NCBI RefSeq assembly: GCF_036365525.1
Contig: NW_027141701.1
Span: forward strand, 124,001 to 188,000
Direction of reading: 5' to 3'
DNA length: 64,000 bases
From: Heterodontus francisci
Taxonomy: Eukaryota
A model generated the notes under the pieces. The model ran no database searches. It had not been told where the DNA came from and saw nothing but the letters and a program-made list of their open reading frames with translations. Numbering within the stretch: the first letter of the stretch is position 1; each line of letters begins with the position of its first letter. A program made the translations under genes and the position numbers. Positions 62,240 through 64,000 of the stretch are shown one piece after another.

Positions 62240-64000
62240 ATCTGTTCCTGCTGGGGGACTTTAACACCAGGATTGGGGCCGACCATGACTCATGGCCCTC
62301 CTGCCTTGGGCGCTATGGCATTGGAAGGATGAATGAGAATGGACAGAGACTGCTTGAGTTATGTACCTATCATAACCTCTGCATCACCAACTCATTCTTT
62401 CACACTAAACCCTGTCATCAGGTTTTATGGAGGCACCCAAGATCACGTCGTTGGCACCAGCTGGAGCTCATCATCACAAGGCGAGCCTTTATAAACAGCG
62501 TTCAAATCACCCGCAGCTTCCACAGTGCGGACTGCGACACCGACCACTCCCTGGTGTGCAGCAAGGTTAGACTCAAACCAAAGAAGCTGCATCACTCCAA
62601 GCAGAAGGGCCGCCCGCGCATCAACACGAGCAGAATTTCTCATCCACAGCTGTTACATAAGTTTCTAAATTCACTTGAAAAAGCCCTTAAAAACACTCCG
62701 ACATGGGATGCAGAGATCAAGTGGGCCCACATCAGAGACGCCATCCATGACTCAGCAATGACCACCTATGGCAAACGTGAGAAGCAGAATGCAGATTGGT
62801 TTCAATCTCACATTGAAGAGCTGGAACCTGTCATAGCCGCTAAGCGCATTGCACTGTTGAACTACAAGAAAGCCCCCAGCGAGTAAACATCCGTAGCACT
62901 TAAAGCAGCCAGAAGCACTGCACAAAGAACAGCCAGGCGCTGTACAAATGACTACTGGCAACACCTATGCAGTCATATTCAGCTGGCCTCAGACACCGGA
63001 AACATCAGAGGAATGTATGATGGCATTAAGAGAGCTCTTGGGCCAACCATCAAGAAGCTCGCCCCCCCCCCTCAAATCTAAATCAGGGTCATGATCACTG
63101 ACCAACGCAAGCAAATGGACCGCTGGGTGGAGCACTACCTAGAACTGTACTCCAGGGAAAATGTTGTCACCGAGACCTCCCTCAGTGCAGCCCAGTCTCT
63201 GCCAGTCGTGGATGAGCTGGATGTACAGCCAACAAAATCGGAACTCAGTGATGCCAATGATTCTCTAGCCAGTGGAAAAGCACCCGGGAAGGACGGCATT
63301 ACCACTGAAATAATCAAGAGTGCCAAGCCTGCTATACTCTCAGCACTCCATGAACTGCTTTGCCTGTGCTGGGACGAGGGTGCAGTACCACAGGACATGC
63401 GCAATGCCAATATCATCACCCTCTATAAGAACAAGGGTGACCGCGGTGACTGCAACAACCACCGTGGAATCTCCCTGCTCAGCATAGTGGGGAAAGTCTT
63501 CGCTCGTGTCATTTTAAACAGGCTCCAGAAGCTAGCTGAACGTGTCTACCCTGAGGCACAGTGCAGCTTTCGAGCAGAGAGATCTACCATTGACATGCTA
63601 TTCTCCCTTCGCCAGCTGCAGGAGGAATGCCGTGAACAACAGATGCCCCTCTACGTTGCTTTCATAGATCTCACCAAAGCCTTTGACCTCATCAGCAGAC
63701 GTGGTCTCTTCAGACTACTAGAAAAGATCGGATGTCCACCAACGCTACTAACTATCATCACCTCATTCCAAGACAATCTGAAAGGCACAAATCAGCATAG
63801 CGGTGCCTCATCAGACCCCTTTCCTATCCTGAATGGCGTGAAACAGGGCTGTGTTCTCGCACCTACACCGTTTGGGATCCTCTTCTCCCTGCTGCTCTCA
63901 GATGCATTCGAGTCTTCAGAAGAAGGAATTTTCCTCCACACAAGATCAGATGGCAGGTTGTTCAACCTTGCCCATCTAAGAGCGAAGACAAAAGTACGGA
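62240..64000 (+). mobile_element. RTE-clade LINE (APE-RT), truncated by the window end
   Basis: LLGDFN, NENGQRLLELC, WRHPRS..WHQL, DTDH, KAPGKDGI, FIDLTKAFD, GVKQGCVLAP; contains stops and frameshifts. Confidence 0.92.

Noticed and set aside
62329-64000. Active RTE element or host gene
   Set aside because: In-frame stop at 62884-62886 and a frameshift near 63060-63090
1-64000. Species assignment (the SINE resembles horn-shark-type HE1 copies as I recall them)
   Set aside because: Recollection only; needs a BLAST search, so I claim only a cartilaginous fish

Overview
Eukaryotic, repeat-rich vertebrate DNA, almost certainly from a cartilaginous fish. The evidence is a shark-type MHC class I protein, HE1-type SINEs, and shark-like CR1/L2/Tx1/RTE LINEs. 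The only host gene I can support is one intact MHC class I heavy-chain gene on the + strand, with 7 coding exons: 900-948 leader, 7495-7755 alpha1, 14763-15035 alpha2, 15575-15850 alpha3, 23797-23922 connecting peptide/TM, and 24867-24902 plus 25279-25325 cytoplasmic. All introns are phase 1 GT-AG. The CDS is 1068 nt (355 aa). It keeps all the classical peptide-anchoring residues (Y7, Y59, R84, T143, K146, W147, Y159, Y171), so it looks like a classical-type (UAA-lineage) gene. It also has two extra alpha3 cysteines and a Glu in the leader. A probable non-coding last exon (about 27200-29830) carries a 2-kb CCAAT-box minisatellite. The rest is transposable elements and minisatellites: a decayed hAT transposase, a full-span Ty1/copia element (tRNA-iMet PBS, GalEa-like) with nested insertions, an LTR element with integrase and an env-like remnant, a single-ORF LINE with a SINE-like head, Penelope-type repeats with minimal hammerhead ribozyme motifs, MITEs, SINEs and many LINE fragments. 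There are two assembly gaps (22504-22648, 25041-25237). The very long ORFs in the ORF track are tandem-repeat artefacts. All calls are by eye; no database searches were run, and TE boundaries are approximate.
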